Assembly (NCBI GenBank): GCA_965208905.1
Contig: OZ242365.1
Location: 96,001-160,000, forward strand
DNA: 64,000 nt
DNA from: Nitrosopumilaceae archaeon
GTDB lineage: Archaea > Thermoproteota > Nitrososphaeria > Nitrososphaerales > Nitrosopumilaceae
Reading direction: 5' to 3'
The notes beneath the pieces were generated by a model that worked only from the letters and a program-made list of their open reading frames with translations, was not told where the DNA came from and ran no database searches. Positions 30,060-41,005 of the stretch are shown here, one piece after another (positions within the stretch are counted from its first letter, which is position 1; every line of letters starts with the position of its first letter). Made by a program: the position numbers and the translations under genes.

Positions 30060-31547
30060 ATGGACGACATACGTGTCACATATTCAGGTCTGTTGGGCTT
30101 TGCCGTCGCCATGGGCGGCATGGTTGCCGGACTGGCATTCACCATTATAGTGACGCGGCAGCTCTCCCCCGAAGAGTTTGGAGTCTGGGCTGTCATAGGC
30201 AGCATGACCTCCTATTCTCTCTTCGCCGAACCTGTCATCTCCTACTGGACCACGCGCCAAGTTGCCCGAGGGAAGCCTGTCGGAAAGACATCTATGGTAT
30301 CCACCTCAATGTTTGCCGGCGGCTCCATTCCGGTCTACTTGATATCTATCTACCTCTTCGCCAGCATAGAGTCGACCTTCTTTGATTCAATGTTGCTTGG
30401 GGCGCTGCTTGTTCCGGCGTTGTTTGTCAAATACACACTCTCGTCTATCAACATGGGATACCGTCCCCACGTAGTGAGCGTCGCCATCGCTGCCTTACAA
30501 GCAACCAAGATACCGGCAGGGTTGGTGCTGGTCTTCTTCTTGGAACTGGGGCTGGATGGTGCCATCTTGGCAATCTTTGCCGCCTATTTGGTTGACATAG
30601 CAGTCCAACTGCGCTACGCACATCCCCGCTTGGCCGTCCAGTTGGATTTCACTTACTTGTGGGGATGGATCCGACAGTCTTGGATGCCTCTCTACGGCAG
30701 AATATCCGGCGTGCTCAGTACCTTTGACATCATATTCTACACGGCGATCACCAGCTCGGTGGTAGGCGCCGCCTACTACGCTGCCGCCTTAGTGGCTGCC
30801 AAGATGGTAATTTACACAAATCAGGTATCCCAAGCTCTATACCCTAAACTGTTGGCCGAGGGCAGTAGGCGCCATGTATCCGAGAACTTTACCCTGCTGA
30901 TGTACTTTGCCATTCCCTTTCTGGTATTGTCGGTGCTCTTCTCCCGTCACACAATGTTCCTCCTTAATCCTGAATATGTCGTCGCTTGGGCCGCTGGCGC
31001 ACTACTGGCCGTCGCCATGTTCCTCCAAGTCCTCATGAACTTTGCCCGGAGCGTGCTCAGGGGCATTGATGATGTAGACCTTGAGGAACGACCGTCGTAC
31101 TCTGCACTACTGAAGAGCAAACTCTTTCTTGTGGCAACCATGGACAATGTCTACCATATCGTGTATCTGGCCGCGCTGGCCGTATCTCTGTACGTCTTCC
31201 GGGATATGCCCGAATCCACGCTGGTCATGGTGTGGGCATCTGTAATGCTGGCAGTCTCCAGCCCATTTTTGCTGTATTTCACGCTACTGGTCCGGAGGCA
31301 TTCGCCCTTCCATCCATCTGGCAACATCCTTCGATATGTGGGTGGTGCGGCAGGCATGGCGGCAGTCTTTTTTGCCACCAATGACCTCGTGGTGGTCTTT
31401 GACGTCAGTGTCTACTTGTACCTTCCTGGACTGTTGTCGGAGCTGGCCATTTGCTGTCTGACGTATCTTGGCATCACCTATGCCATCGATAGTAAGACTA
31501 GGCTACTGTTTAGGCGTGTAATATCCGAAATAGTCTCGCGCCGTTGA
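30060..31547 (+). CDS. Polysaccharide flippase (Wzx/MOP-like)
   Basis: About 12-14 hydrophobic segments, RQLSPEEFG motif, glycan-locus context. Confidence 0.8.
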   Translation: MDDIRVTYSGLLGFAVAMGGMVAGLAFTIIVTRQLSPEEFGVWAVIGSMTSYSLFAEPVISYWTTRQVARGKPVGKTSMVSTSMFAGGSIPVYLISIYLFASIESTFFDSMLLGALLVPALFVKYTLSSINMGYRPHVVSVAIAALQATKIPAGLVLVFFLELGLDGAILAIFAAYLVDIAVQLRYAHPRLAVQLDFTYLWGWIRQSWMPLYGRISGVLSTFDIIFYTAITSSVVGAAYYAAALVAAKMVIYTNQVSQALYPKLLAEGSRRHVSENFTLLMYFAIPFLVLSVLFSRHTMFLLNPEYVVAWAAGALLAVAMFLQVLMNFARSVLRGIDDVDLEERPSYSALLKSKLFLVATMDNVYHIVYLAALAVSLYVFRDMPESTLVMVWASVMLAVSSPFLLYFTLLVRRHSPFHPSGNILRYVGGAAGMAAVFFATNDLVVVFDVSVYLYLPGLLSELAICCLTYLGITYAIDSKTRLLFRRVISEIVSRR

Positions 31548-31655
31548 GACAGTTCTAGGGCACCTCCTTGTCGGCAAAAAATAAGGTATTATAGAGGGGA
31601 TGCCCATAGTGCTTGGGGTGAACAACTTTTTGAATTTCACGGAGCGGATTATGCC

Positions 31656-32747
31656 ATGACCCACACTGACATGCGGCTTCTCATGGGTGCTGGCACTTCC
31701 AAGCTATTCCACGTAAAAGAACTTGCGGCCGCGCTCTCTAGGCTTGGGGCTGAGTGCAGGGTGGTCGTGGCCTCTCAGGTGCATGACGGATTTCCCAACC
31801 GTAGGGTGTCATCGTGGTTCCAGACTGCAGGCCGAGCAAACACACTCTTCGCCGAGTTTAAACCAGACGCGGTGTTTGTAGACGAGGTAGGGCACTTTTC
31901 CAAGGCGGTACTTGATGACGGGCTGCCGCTGCTCTCGCACCTGCGGGGCGACTACTGGTCGGAGATGCAGTGGTACATGGAGACGTTGGGCCGGGGTCCT
32001 GTCAAAAGGGTGGGCCGCTACATCAAGGGCAGGATGGTGGAGCGATGCTTCCGCAAGTCATCCATGATCTTGCCTATATGCAACCATCTCAAGGAGATAG
32101 TGGGGCGGAGATACCCTGGCATGCCTGCCACTACCATGTATCAGGGGATAGATCCGAGTAGGTGGAACAGCAAGGACACGGGTGCGTCAAAAGGGGGCGA
32201 CATGGACCTTGCACATCCATGCGTGGGCCTCCTACAGAGCGCTAGCATCTGGGGCAAGGTTCGCGAGATGCTCGTGTTGCCGGAGGTCATGAAGGCGCTG
32301 CCTGATGTAACCTTTTACTGGGCCGGTGACGGTCCGTACCGCGACGAGATACTCCCGGCGCTCTCAAAATGTGACAACTTTGTGTGGCTCGGAAATCTGG
32401 ACTATCCAGACGCCGTTAAGAGATACCTTGCCGAGATAGACATGTATGCCCTGATTAGCGGCATCGACATGTCGCCACTGACGTTGCAAGAGGCCCAGCT
32501 GATGCAGAGACCTGTATTGGCCACCGATGTGGGCGGCATACCGGAGCTTATGCAGGACGGAACCACAGGTATATTGGTGGGACGGCAGAACCCTAAGGAT
32601 ATCGCGGCGGGGATCGAAGAGCTACTACATGATGAGAAAAGATCAAGGAAGATGGGCAGGAACGGCAGGCGGTTTGTAGAGGAGAACTTCAACTTGGACA
32701 GGATCGCGGCGGATTTTGTCAGGGCGGCGGAGCCGGTAATGGGTTAA
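31656..32747 (+). CDS. GT4 glycosyltransferase
   Basis: AGDGP, PLTLQEA, ATDVGGIPEL. Confidence 0.9.
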   Translation: MTHTDMRLLMGAGTSKLFHVKELAAALSRLGAECRVVVASQVHDGFPNRRVSSWFQTAGRANTLFAEFKPDAVFVDEVGHFSKAVLDDGLPLLSHLRGDYWSEMQWYMETLGRGPVKRVGRYIKGRMVERCFRKSSMILPICNHLKEIVGRRYPGMPATTMYQGIDPSRWNSKDTGASKGGDMDLAHPCVGLLQSASIWGKVREMLVLPEVMKALPDVTFYWAGDGPYRDEILPALSKCDNFVWLGNLDYPDAVKRYLAEIDMYALISGIDMSPLTLQEAQLMQRPVLATDVGGIPELMQDGTTGILVGRQNPKDIAAGIEELLHDEKRSRKMGRNGRRFVEENFNLDRIAADFVRAAEPVMG

Positions 32748-34042
32748 GAGATACTTGCCTCGTGGCCGAGATCTCTCGTTATGAATATGCGGTACCAGAC
32801 CTCAAAGGCTAAAAGTCCCAGAAACTTGTTGACATACCGTACGTCTTGGATGTCGCGAGACAGATTGCGCAGAATCCACTCCCTGTTTACCCACCCGTCG
32901 TGCACGGTTCGGGCACCGTCTGCCAGATACGCGGCGCATGTGTCATACCCGTGCCGCCTCCAGTAAGACACGGTATCCGGCGAGAATCCGGCCTTGGAGT
33001 CTGATACCAAGTGGTCCAGATTCATTGCGCGCAATAGGGCGCGAAGCGGCAGCTTACCCACACCGCTTTTTGTATCGTACTTCTCGTCTGCCCGCACATT
33101 CATGGCGTACAGTATCATGCCACTTGAGAGAAGAGGGGACGCGGTAGGAATGCCAAAGCGGCGCGACATGGCGCTGCTAACGTGTGCAAAGTTGTAGAGT
33201 AGCTTGCCGTTGTAATCGGCCAGAAATACCTGTTCCAGCGGCTCCAGTCGGTTGTTAAAGTGCGGACTCAGCACCCTCCAGATATCGTCCCACGAAAACT
33301 TCATGCGGGGTCCGAAGACATTCTCTTGATCTGGTACATAGTCGCGCCGGTGGTTCCTGAGATAGGCGCGCATCCTGTGATCTGGAGATGAGATACCTCC
33401 ACATTCCGCCAAGAATCCCTCATACCTGAAGGTATACCCCCCGAAGAGCTCGTCTCCACCGTCGGCCGATATCAGAATGTCGGCAGATTCCGCCGCCGCC
33501 TGTCTGGCTACGTGATACCAGTGCAGATCCCACATGGGCAAGGCCGCGGCGGAGACCGCCGTGGGCATCTCGTGCGCATAGTTGTCAACGTTCACTATGG
33601 TGTGGTCTACTCCCACATGCTCCGCGGTGCGGGCAGCCGCCTCGGTCTCGTCATATCCGTCAACAAACCGTACCGATATGGCCTTTATATCCAGATCTGG
33701 AAAGTGCCGACACAGCAAACCCAGCACCAAGGTGGAGTCGACACCTCCGCTCAGCGAGACCGCAACCCGGGCATCGGGTATATCGCGGAGCATACCGTCC
33801 AATGCCTCCACGGCTAGGCTCTCTATCGCGCCAAGCGAATACTGTGGCGGGGGACGGGTCGGACGTATGTCGGGCGGTCCAACTGCCTGCAGGGTGGGCT
33901 CCAGCAACGGATTGTAGCGCAACGACAGAATATACCGCGCAGCGGCAGGATCGTACGCCGCGTCCTTAGGAAGATCGCGTTTTGCCATGGCTCTCTTGCC
34001 TACCCTGACCGGTTCGCCCTCCTGCGTCTTGACTTTTGTCAT
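32744..34042 (-). CDS. Asparagine-synthase C-terminal domain protein (no glutaminase domain)
   Basis: SLSGGVDS PP-loop, ADGGDELFGGY, KAGF; no N-terminal Ntn Cys domain; start uncertain (33988 or 34042). Confidence 0.82.
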   Translation of the reverse strand: MTKVKTQEGEPVRVGKRAMAKRDLPKDAAYDPAAARYILSLRYNPLLEPTLQAVGPPDIRPTRPPPQYSLGAIESLAVEALDGMLRDIPDARVAVSLSGGVDSTLVLGLLCRHFPDLDIKAISVRFVDGYDETEAAARTAEHVGVDHTIVNVDNYAHEMPTAVSAAALPMWDLHWYHVARQAAAESADILISADGGDELFGGYTFRYEGFLAECGGISSPDHRMRAYLRNHRRDYVPDQENVFGPRMKFSWDDIWRVLSPHFNNRLEPLEQVFLADYNGKLLYNFAHVSSAMSRRFGIPTASPLLSSGMILYAMNVRADEKYDTKSGVGKLPLRALLRAMNLDHLVSDSKAGFSPDTVSYWRRHGYDTCAAYLADGARTVHDGWVNREWILRNLSRDIQDVRYVNKFLGLLAFEVWYRIFITRDLGHEASIS

Positions 34043-34079
34043 AGGGGCACGGGAATCACAACATTTTACAAATCTTTGC

Positions 34080-34600
34080 AATGCGGGGAAATTGCGTGCC
34101 GTCGCGTTCCAAAATTGGATGGGTTGCTACGGTGTTGGTAGAGTAGGTGGTTGGATTACAATTTCCTCCCCTACCGACTCGCAGTTCTACGCCAACGATG
34201 CAGAGACCAGAAAGAGGGACGAGTCTACATACAAGAATCCGGTGGATCTTGACATCAGGCATATATTGGCACGACTAAAGCACCCGCAGATCAATGGCAA
34301 GATGGAATGGCTGCACGGGGAGATTGAGTGTAATCTGCACCGCTTTGAGGCATCCTCGTATAGCAGCACCGTAAAGAATTCCGAATCGGGTAATATTGGA
34401 GGCCAATTCGATACGGAACGGTAAAACCTGCCCTTGAGCAGTTCATGGAATGGTACCATTACCGCCGGGTGCACATGTCTCTAGACTGGTAAAACAGGGA
34501 AACACCCGCCTAGGAATTCCTACGTAAGATGGCTCCCGCAGGGGAGATGGTCGTAGACGAACAAACCGGGGAGGGGTACCGCGCAGAATGACCCACATAC
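34080..34600 (+). pseudogene. Degenerate IS481-like (integrase core) transposase
   Basis: SQFYAN, HILARLKHPQINGKME, WYHYRRVHMSL; broken by stops and frameshifts. Confidence 0.7.
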
Positions 34601-35054
34601 AGACTCAAGTCGGGCCGGAGGCATATTCCACAGAGAAGGCATCTAGCAGAGTGGAAATGGAATCTGGTCCGGCGGCGGGCCGGATTCTTTTGTTTCTTTC
34701 GCAAGGTACTTGTCAGGTAATTTGCATATATTGGTAACCGCTTTGCTTTTTGAAGTTGATCGTGCATAATGCCTCTAATGTCTACGATATACAAAAGATT
34801 CAAGGTTTTAGTTACCAATAACAGACATTTTGAACTATTTTTTGACATGAAGTGGCAACTATTACTTATTTGTGGTACTTCAAAAAGTGAAACAGTAACA
34901 TATTTCGACCATGACATCCAAGGCGCGAACTACTTTCCAGACAGTATATAAATATGATCCAGTAGTCTAACACAAACTTTTCATCCAACACACTAATTTA
35001 CCAGTCCCACGATAACCAATCTTTTAAAACCACCATAAACCTCCTCAGTAACAT

Positions 35055-36155
35055 ATGGCGGATAGAAAAACTAGAATAGCATTCATTTACAAAGCATCCG
35101 ACCCCTTCTGGACGGGTAGACACTATGACAACACGCTCTACGAGTTTCTTGTCAAGGCCATGCAGCGGAACAGGGATGTAGACTACATGCTTGTACCCAT
35201 ATCCGGCGAGTACGATGCGGGGAGATCGCTTAAAGATAGATGCGATGCGGTCATCCTTGCCGCATTTAGGGACTATAATATGCCGAGGATATGCGGGTTG
35301 AAATCGTTGGATGTGCCGGTGCTCGCAAGGTGTGGTGACTTTCACGATGCCCGACGATACGGGATGGGTGAACGAAATTACGATGATTACGGGATCGACT
35401 GTGTGTTCAATTTCATAAGTGAGAGATACTTTTACAAATATTATCCCCGCCACATGAATTATAGAACAATATTCTTTGGTGTTGAGCCCTCATTGTACCA
35501 GAACCTCACGCCGTTCAAGCGTAGAATAGGGGACAAGATACTCAATTCCGGTACTACTGCCAGAGTGTACCAGAACCACACACCCTCCAAGCACCAAGTG
35601 GTGGGAAATGTTATCAATTTCGTCTCAGTTACCCCCGGAGCCATCTGGTGGAAGATCGCTGGCGTAGCGTGTCTGTCGTACGCGATAGATGTGCTCAGAA
35701 ACCCCGAGGGACTTCCGCTCAGGTCGCGGCTGTTGCATCCGAAGCTACCCACATACCATTTTTACAAGTTGAGAACTGACTGCAACCGACTCGCATACGT
35801 AGTGTATGGAAGAAGTGCCTCGTACCAACAAACTCTGTCCAAATATAAAGCGGCAATAGCCGCCACCACTCCTTACCCCACCATAAAATACTGGGAGATC
35901 GCCGCCGCGGGCTGCCTTGTATTCATGGAGATCACAGAAAATAACCACGGCCACTATCTGGGATTCAGGGACGGGGAGAACTGTGTTGTCATAAACGAGT
36001 ACAACTACAAGGAGCAGTTTAAGAAATATCTGGACAATTCAGACGATCCAAAATGGGAAAAAATAGCAGATGCCGGTAGGTCTCACGCCATGCGGAACTT
36101 CAGTAATGACAAGGCAGTAGAGTGTCTCTTGGAATTGATCAAGGATCTGTCATGA
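35055..36155 (+). CDS. Glycosyltransferase (GT-B, Glyco_trans_1_2-like)
   Basis: KYWEIAAAGCL, FRDGENCV, IADAGR C-terminal pattern. Confidence 0.75.
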   Translation: MADRKTRIAFIYKASDPFWTGRHYDNTLYEFLVKAMQRNRDVDYMLVPISGEYDAGRSLKDRCDAVILAAFRDYNMPRICGLKSLDVPVLARCGDFHDARRYGMGERNYDDYGIDCVFNFISERYFYKYYPRHMNYRTIFFGVEPSLYQNLTPFKRRIGDKILNSGTTARVYQNHTPSKHQVVGNVINFVSVTPGAIWWKIAGVACLSYAIDVLRNPEGLPLRSRLLHPKLPTYHFYKLRTDCNRLAYVVYGRSASYQQTLSKYKAAIAATTPYPTIKYWEIAAAGCLVFMEITENNHGHYLGFRDGENCVVINEYNYKEQFKKYLDNSDDPKWEKIADAGRSHAMRNFSNDKAVECLLELIKDLS

Positions 36156-36210
36156 ACGGCGCATATTGGATGTTACAGGGCGAGGAACCCCGTGCGCGGG
36201 ATGGTGGTCG

Positions 36211-37125
36211 ATGAGATTTTTGGTGACCGGCGGTGCCGGTTTTGTTGGAAGCCATATAGCAAAAGCGTTGTTGGTAGCGGGGCATTCGGTGCGCATATTG
36301 GACAACCTGCATACAGGCTCTCTGAAACGACTGTCCGATGTTTTGGACATCTTGGAGTTCGTTAAGGCCGACATCAGGGATTTAAATGCCCTAGATGCCG
36401 CCATGCACGATTGTGACGGTGTGTTCCACGAGGCAGCACTCGTGGCCGTGCAGGAGTCCTACGACATGGAACAAGAGTATCGCGATGTCAACGTGGGCGG
36501 CACGGAGAACGTTCTAAGCTTGGCCGCAGAGCACGGCGTAAGGGTGGTCTACGCCAGCAGTTCGAGTGTTTACGGGAACGCGCAGTTCGTCCCGATACAT
36601 GAGGATGCGTCCAAAGCACCCGAGAACCCCTACGGCGTCACCAAGGCCGATGCAGAAACGGTTGCCTTACAATACATGGTCAGGGACGGGGCCGGGGTAA
36701 TAGGACTGCGCTACTTTAACGTATACGGAAGAGGCCAGACGGGTTCATACGCCGGAGTGATAACACAGTTTATGCGGAGGCTAGAAGGAGGCATGCCTCC
36801 CGTAATCAACGGGGACGGCTCACAGTCGCGCGACTTTGTACATGTGTCGGATGTGGCATTTGCCAATCTTGCTGCCATGACCAGTCATACACGTGACGGC
36901 TTCTTCAATGTGGGTACAGGCAGGAGCATCACCATCAACGAACTGGCGCGCGCCATGATACAGGCCTACTCACTGGACACGTCTCCAGAATACGCGGATC
37001 TGCCGCCGGGTGATGTGGCGGCAAGTAGGGCCGACACCTCGCTCGCCACACAGTCCCTGCCGTGGACGTATTCCATAGGTCTAGAGGACGGACTAGCCCA
37101 GCTGGTCGGTTCCACTCCCTCCTGA
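36211..37125 (+). CDS. NAD-dependent nucleotide-sugar epimerase/dehydratase
   Basis: TGGAGFVG, SSSSVYG, YGVTK, LRYFNVYG, RDFVHV. Confidence 0.93.
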   Translation: MRFLVTGGAGFVGSHIAKALLVAGHSVRILDNLHTGSLKRLSDVLDILEFVKADIRDLNALDAAMHDCDGVFHEAALVAVQESYDMEQEYRDVNVGGTENVLSLAAEHGVRVVYASSSSVYGNAQFVPIHEDASKAPENPYGVTKADAETVALQYMVRDGAGVIGLRYFNVYGRGQTGSYAGVITQFMRRLEGGMPPVINGDGSQSRDFVHVSDVAFANLAAMTSHTRDGFFNVGTGRSITINELARAMIQAYSLDTSPEYADLPPGDVAASRADTSLATQSLPWTYSIGLEDGLAQLVGSTPS

Positions 37126-37964
37126 ACGCACTGGATCGGGCCCATTCATGAAGACCGATTTTGGGGCATTCTATTTACGCCCGACACCTTGGACGGTCCA
37201 GAGGAGCCAACCTGAGCCTGTCGGAGGCATAGTGTGGGTCCTACGGCTCCGTAGACTACAAGTGGCACGAGACCATCAGTATAAAGGGAATAGTAGGCAA
37301 GCACGAACGTTACGAGTGCAACGAATACGGTGTCAGGTTCACCGACAGATCCGGCTTTAAGGGGATGCATTATGCCGAATGGATTGTGCTCCAGGCGCTG
37401 CATGGCCTCCGGTATATGCTTGGTTTTGCTAATCTACTCCTTGAATGCCGTGGTTGGCTGATCTGTATCTGCCCCAGGCATGAACTCCGTGTCTTTGGGT
37501 ATTGCTTCTTACTCTTTATCGGCGATTGCTGTCAGAGTACACAGAGACGAAAGGATGATCTAAATTCTGCGATTTAAATTGTCCTTACCCACACCCAGGA
37601 TGATCGCATGTTTCTGACCAGCAGCACATGCGTGTTCACATACACGTACCGTGTGAGTCGTGGGCAAGCGGATTCTGGTCTATCCTCGGTGGGTGGTCTC
37701 TAATTCATCTGTACGTGATGTGAAATTCATCAGATCAACATACTACATGATACGACACAATACGGTAGACACACAGCCATTATGGCACCTACTGATGCCA
37801 AAATGCATGGTGTGGAATCTATACCTGATGTCCATAGCGGAACATAAAATTCAGAGTCGTTTGCATCAGATAATGGTTGTTAAGGACACTCCGGTGTTTA
37901 GTCTGGACGACAGAGAAATTGCGAATAAATAAGATCGTTATCAATCGGACCAGAATCTGTAAGC

Positions 37965-38231
37965 GTGACACTTATAATGATGGAAATGATAGGCATCAAA
38001 CATATATTGGCATGCATAAAGCACCCGCAGACTAACGGTAAGCTGGACTGGCCGCCTAGGGAGATCCGATGCAAATTGCACCGTTTTAAGGTATTCTCGT
38101 ATGGTAGCGCCATCAAGAGTTCCGAACCTGACCACGCTGGAGGACAGTTCGGCATATTGCCTTGGAAGTACACCGTATCATTTGAAGAGGGATTGGCTAA
38201 AACCCTTGTTGCTAGCTGCGGGCGGTGCTAG
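37965..38231 (+). pseudogene. IS481-like transposase fragment joined to the 3' end of a deleted epimerase paralog
   Basis: KHPQTNGKL is homologous to 34250-34410; tail LPWKYTVSFEEGL resembles LPWTYSIGLEDGL of 36211-37125. Confidence 0.6.
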
Positions 38232-39061
38232 CGTTGGCCATATTACATGTGTGGGATGTAGCTGGTGTGGGAAGTATTCTGTGTAAGTGGCAACGAAGGG
38301 CAGGTCATCGCAGTAACGTGCTGATGAGATCCACGCATGATCCATTTGGCATATCACGATATTATGGCAGCACGCTTGTGCGCGATGGAAAATCGCTTTT
38401 TATCAAGGCTCATTTGATGGCAACTCGAGCAGACGTTTTGCATCTACACGACATGGTTCTGCTGTTGCCCTGGTGGAGACGGCTACATGTTGGCAAGCGT
38501 ATGGTGTTACACGAGCACGGTAGCAGGACACGCGACACACCGCCGCACATACGAGCACCCTTGGAACGGTATGTTGATCATATATTGGTTGCCATGCCTG
38601 AGATGCTAGGATACGGACATACAAAACAACCCACGTATCTACCTATTCCGATAGATACTGAGTTGTTTATGCCACGCGACATACCGCAGAATAACAAGGG
38701 ACTGGTACTGATGCAGCGTTCCCAAACAGAACAGGAAACCTTGTCCCTGCTTGAGGAAAACGGTTATGCTGACGTAGATTGGGATTGTGTTGTACGGGGA
38801 AACAAATTGGTATACAATGGACGACAAAATTCACTGTATCAAGATATGCCAGAGATGCTCTCACAGTATCAGTATTATGCTGACGTTCGTGTTATAAATG
38901 GAGTGCTACTACGTGACTACTCTTCAACGGCACTACAGTCAATGTCGCTTGGCCTTGATGTTACCGGAGGTCCAGATTACAAGATCCATAACAAGCTTCC
39001 CGACATACACAGACCGGAAAACATCGTGGCAAAGTTGGATACTATATATGAAAGCCTATGA
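38225..39061 (+). CDS. Putative glycosyltransferase (GT4-like)
   Basis: ADVLHLH, LHEHGS, PIPIDTELF, ALQSMSLG. Confidence 0.7.
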   Translation: MLALAILHVWDVAGVGSILCKWQRRAGHRSNVLMRSTHDPFGISRYYGSTLVRDGKSLFIKAHLMATRADVLHLHDMVLLLPWWRRLHVGKRMVLHEHGSRTRDTPPHIRAPLERYVDHILVAMPEMLGYGHTKQPTYLPIPIDTELFMPRDIPQNNKGLVLMQRSQTEQETLSLLEENGYADVDWDCVVRGNKLVYNGRQNSLYQDMPEMLSQYQYYADVRVINGVLLRDYSSTALQSMSLGLDVTGGPDYKIHNKLPDIHRPENIVAKLDTIYESL

Positions 39062-39327
39062 TACAACAGGGTTCTGGTATGCGGTCAGGGGTCTTTGTGT
39101 GTTAACTGTTGATGGTGCTTTATAGTCATTCTACGTACTTTACGCTTATGATGTATAACGTGTGGGTTGCATTAAACGCAGTAATGGCATACTGTAACAC
39201 CCTTGTCATATATTCACACATAACACTGACTGCATTTAGAATGATTTTGCTCGATATTGCATCAAATGTATCATCTAGAAGATCACCAAAAGACGGACTG
39301 CGGGGCAATAGTGGGGGAGACTGCGCA
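39060..39327 (+). pseudogene. 3' remnant of an ISH3/IS4-like transposase with terminal motif
   Basis: FTLMMYNVWVALN..ITL resembles ISH3-type C-termini; ends in GTGGGGGAGACTGCGCA. Confidence 0.45.
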
Positions 39328-39562
39328 AAACCATCCACAATTGCATAAAATAGAGCATAAAATAGGTACACACATTTTGTACGATGCATCTAGTCGTATG
39401 AATGCATTTTGTATTGACCATATGATCATGTAATGATCAATAACTGTCTATTCTCACGTCTTTTGTCTGAATCCCATCAGTTGGCAGATTTGGGCAAGTT
39501 TACCTTTCGGTAAACTGGTATCTTAGATAAAGATAATTAGTACGATTAGCTAAATTATACGA

Positions 39563-41005
39563 ATGGTGCAACAAGAACAAACTATGCAGACAGAGCATGA
39601 CCACCCTGTTGGCAAAAGCATTTTGAGTATTGACGTAACAGACTTTGGTCCGGTAACAAGAGGAGTTCTGAATCTGAAGCCACTCACGATATTGGTTGGC
39701 CCTAACGGTTGCGGCAAGTCTCACATTGCAACCCTTACTCACTCAGTCATAAATGCCGAGTACGATGCCCCAGTTGAAATGTTAACCCCTAATCCAAATG
39801 CGTCGTTTAACATAAACACTCTACTTGAGGAAGCTATACGCATACATAACGCACGTATGGCCGGTGCCAATTCCATTGATTCAAACATATATGAGTCATA
39901 TACTCGTCACAAATTCCAAAAACTACATGATATGCTCGCCGCTAATTTTGCCGGAGGGCACAAGTCTCTCATTCGTACAGGAAAAGAGCATTTCAAAATC
40001 ATATTGACATCAAAAGACCTCAGTGGAGTAGTAGAATGCACCGATACCATAACGAGCATACCTGCGAATAAAGCACGACTAAAAATTCATTTCAAAAGGC
40101 ACAAGGGTTCTATAAATGTCGATTTGGACAAAATGTTGCGCATAGACGGTGATACTGTACATATTGATATTCCTGATTTTCATGACCATAAACTGCTTGA
40201 GGCAGGCGCAGCATTGCCATTACTGACGGCTGCACTTCACATCAGGCAACCATCTTTGGGGCGCAGCATATATTTTCCCGCCGAACGAGGAGGTTTGACA
40301 TTGGCATACCGATCTCTGACACTACATTTTTACAATAATATTGGCTGGCCTAGCGTAAATTCCCTAGATTTGGACATGACAAACGTTTCAACCAACTTTT
40401 TAAGTCTACTACTTAAGCACGCTGGGGACAAAACAAAGTTTGCGGACTCTGTTGAAACCTTTGAAAAAAAGGCGCTAAATGGGTGTATCGTCGCACGTGA
40501 GGATGAAAAAAAATCAATAAATGTAGTTTTTGAGCAGTCTGGCGCCAGTTTTCCGCTCAGCAAGTCGGCCTCGTCAGTCAAGGATTTGGCCCTGTTTTTG
40601 CTGTATTTGAAACACCGAGCAAATAAGGGAGAGACCGTAATCCTGGAAGAACCCGAGACTACCATGCACCCGAGAAATCAGATAATGCTTGCCCGCTTTA
40701 TTGCCAAGATGGTTAATGCGGGATTGCGTGTGTTGATTACCACGCACAGTCAGTATTTTCTGGAGCAATTAAGTCATTGTGTAATGGCTGGCTCTAGTTC
40801 TGGAGAAGGTCCCATACCATTTCAGAATGATGAGATGTTAAACAACAATAGCGTAGCTGCATACGGATTCAAAAAAGATGGCGACGGTTACCGCATGTCG
40901 CCTATTGAGGTTGATGCTGAGGGTATTCCGCAGTATGAATTTATCGATGTAAGCGAAAGTTTGTACGACGAGCTCTTGAGATTGGAGCGGGCTGATGATT
41001 CGTGA
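39563..41005 (+). CDS. ABC-type ATPase (AAA_15/AAA_21-like)
   Basis: GPNGCGKS Walker A, FPAER, SASS signature, ILEEPE..HP Walker B, TTHS H-loop. Confidence 0.88.
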   Translation: MVQQEQTMQTEHDHPVGKSILSIDVTDFGPVTRGVLNLKPLTILVGPNGCGKSHIATLTHSVINAEYDAPVEMLTPNPNASFNINTLLEEAIRIHNARMAGANSIDSNIYESYTRHKFQKLHDMLAANFAGGHKSLIRTGKEHFKIILTSKDLSGVVECTDTITSIPANKARLKIHFKRHKGSINVDLDKMLRIDGDTVHIDIPDFHDHKLLEAGAALPLLTAALHIRQPSLGRSIYFPAERGGLTLAYRSLTLHFYNNIGWPSVNSLDLDMTNVSTNFLSLLLKHAGDKTKFADSVETFEKKALNGCIVAREDEKKSINVVFEQSGASFPLSKSASSVKDLALFLLYLKHRANKGETVILEEPETTMHPRNQIMLARFIAKMVNAGLRVLITTHSQYFLEQLSHCVMAGSSSGEGPIPFQNDEMLNNNSVAAYGFKKDGDGYRMSPIEVDAEGIPQYEFIDVSESLYDELLRLERADDS

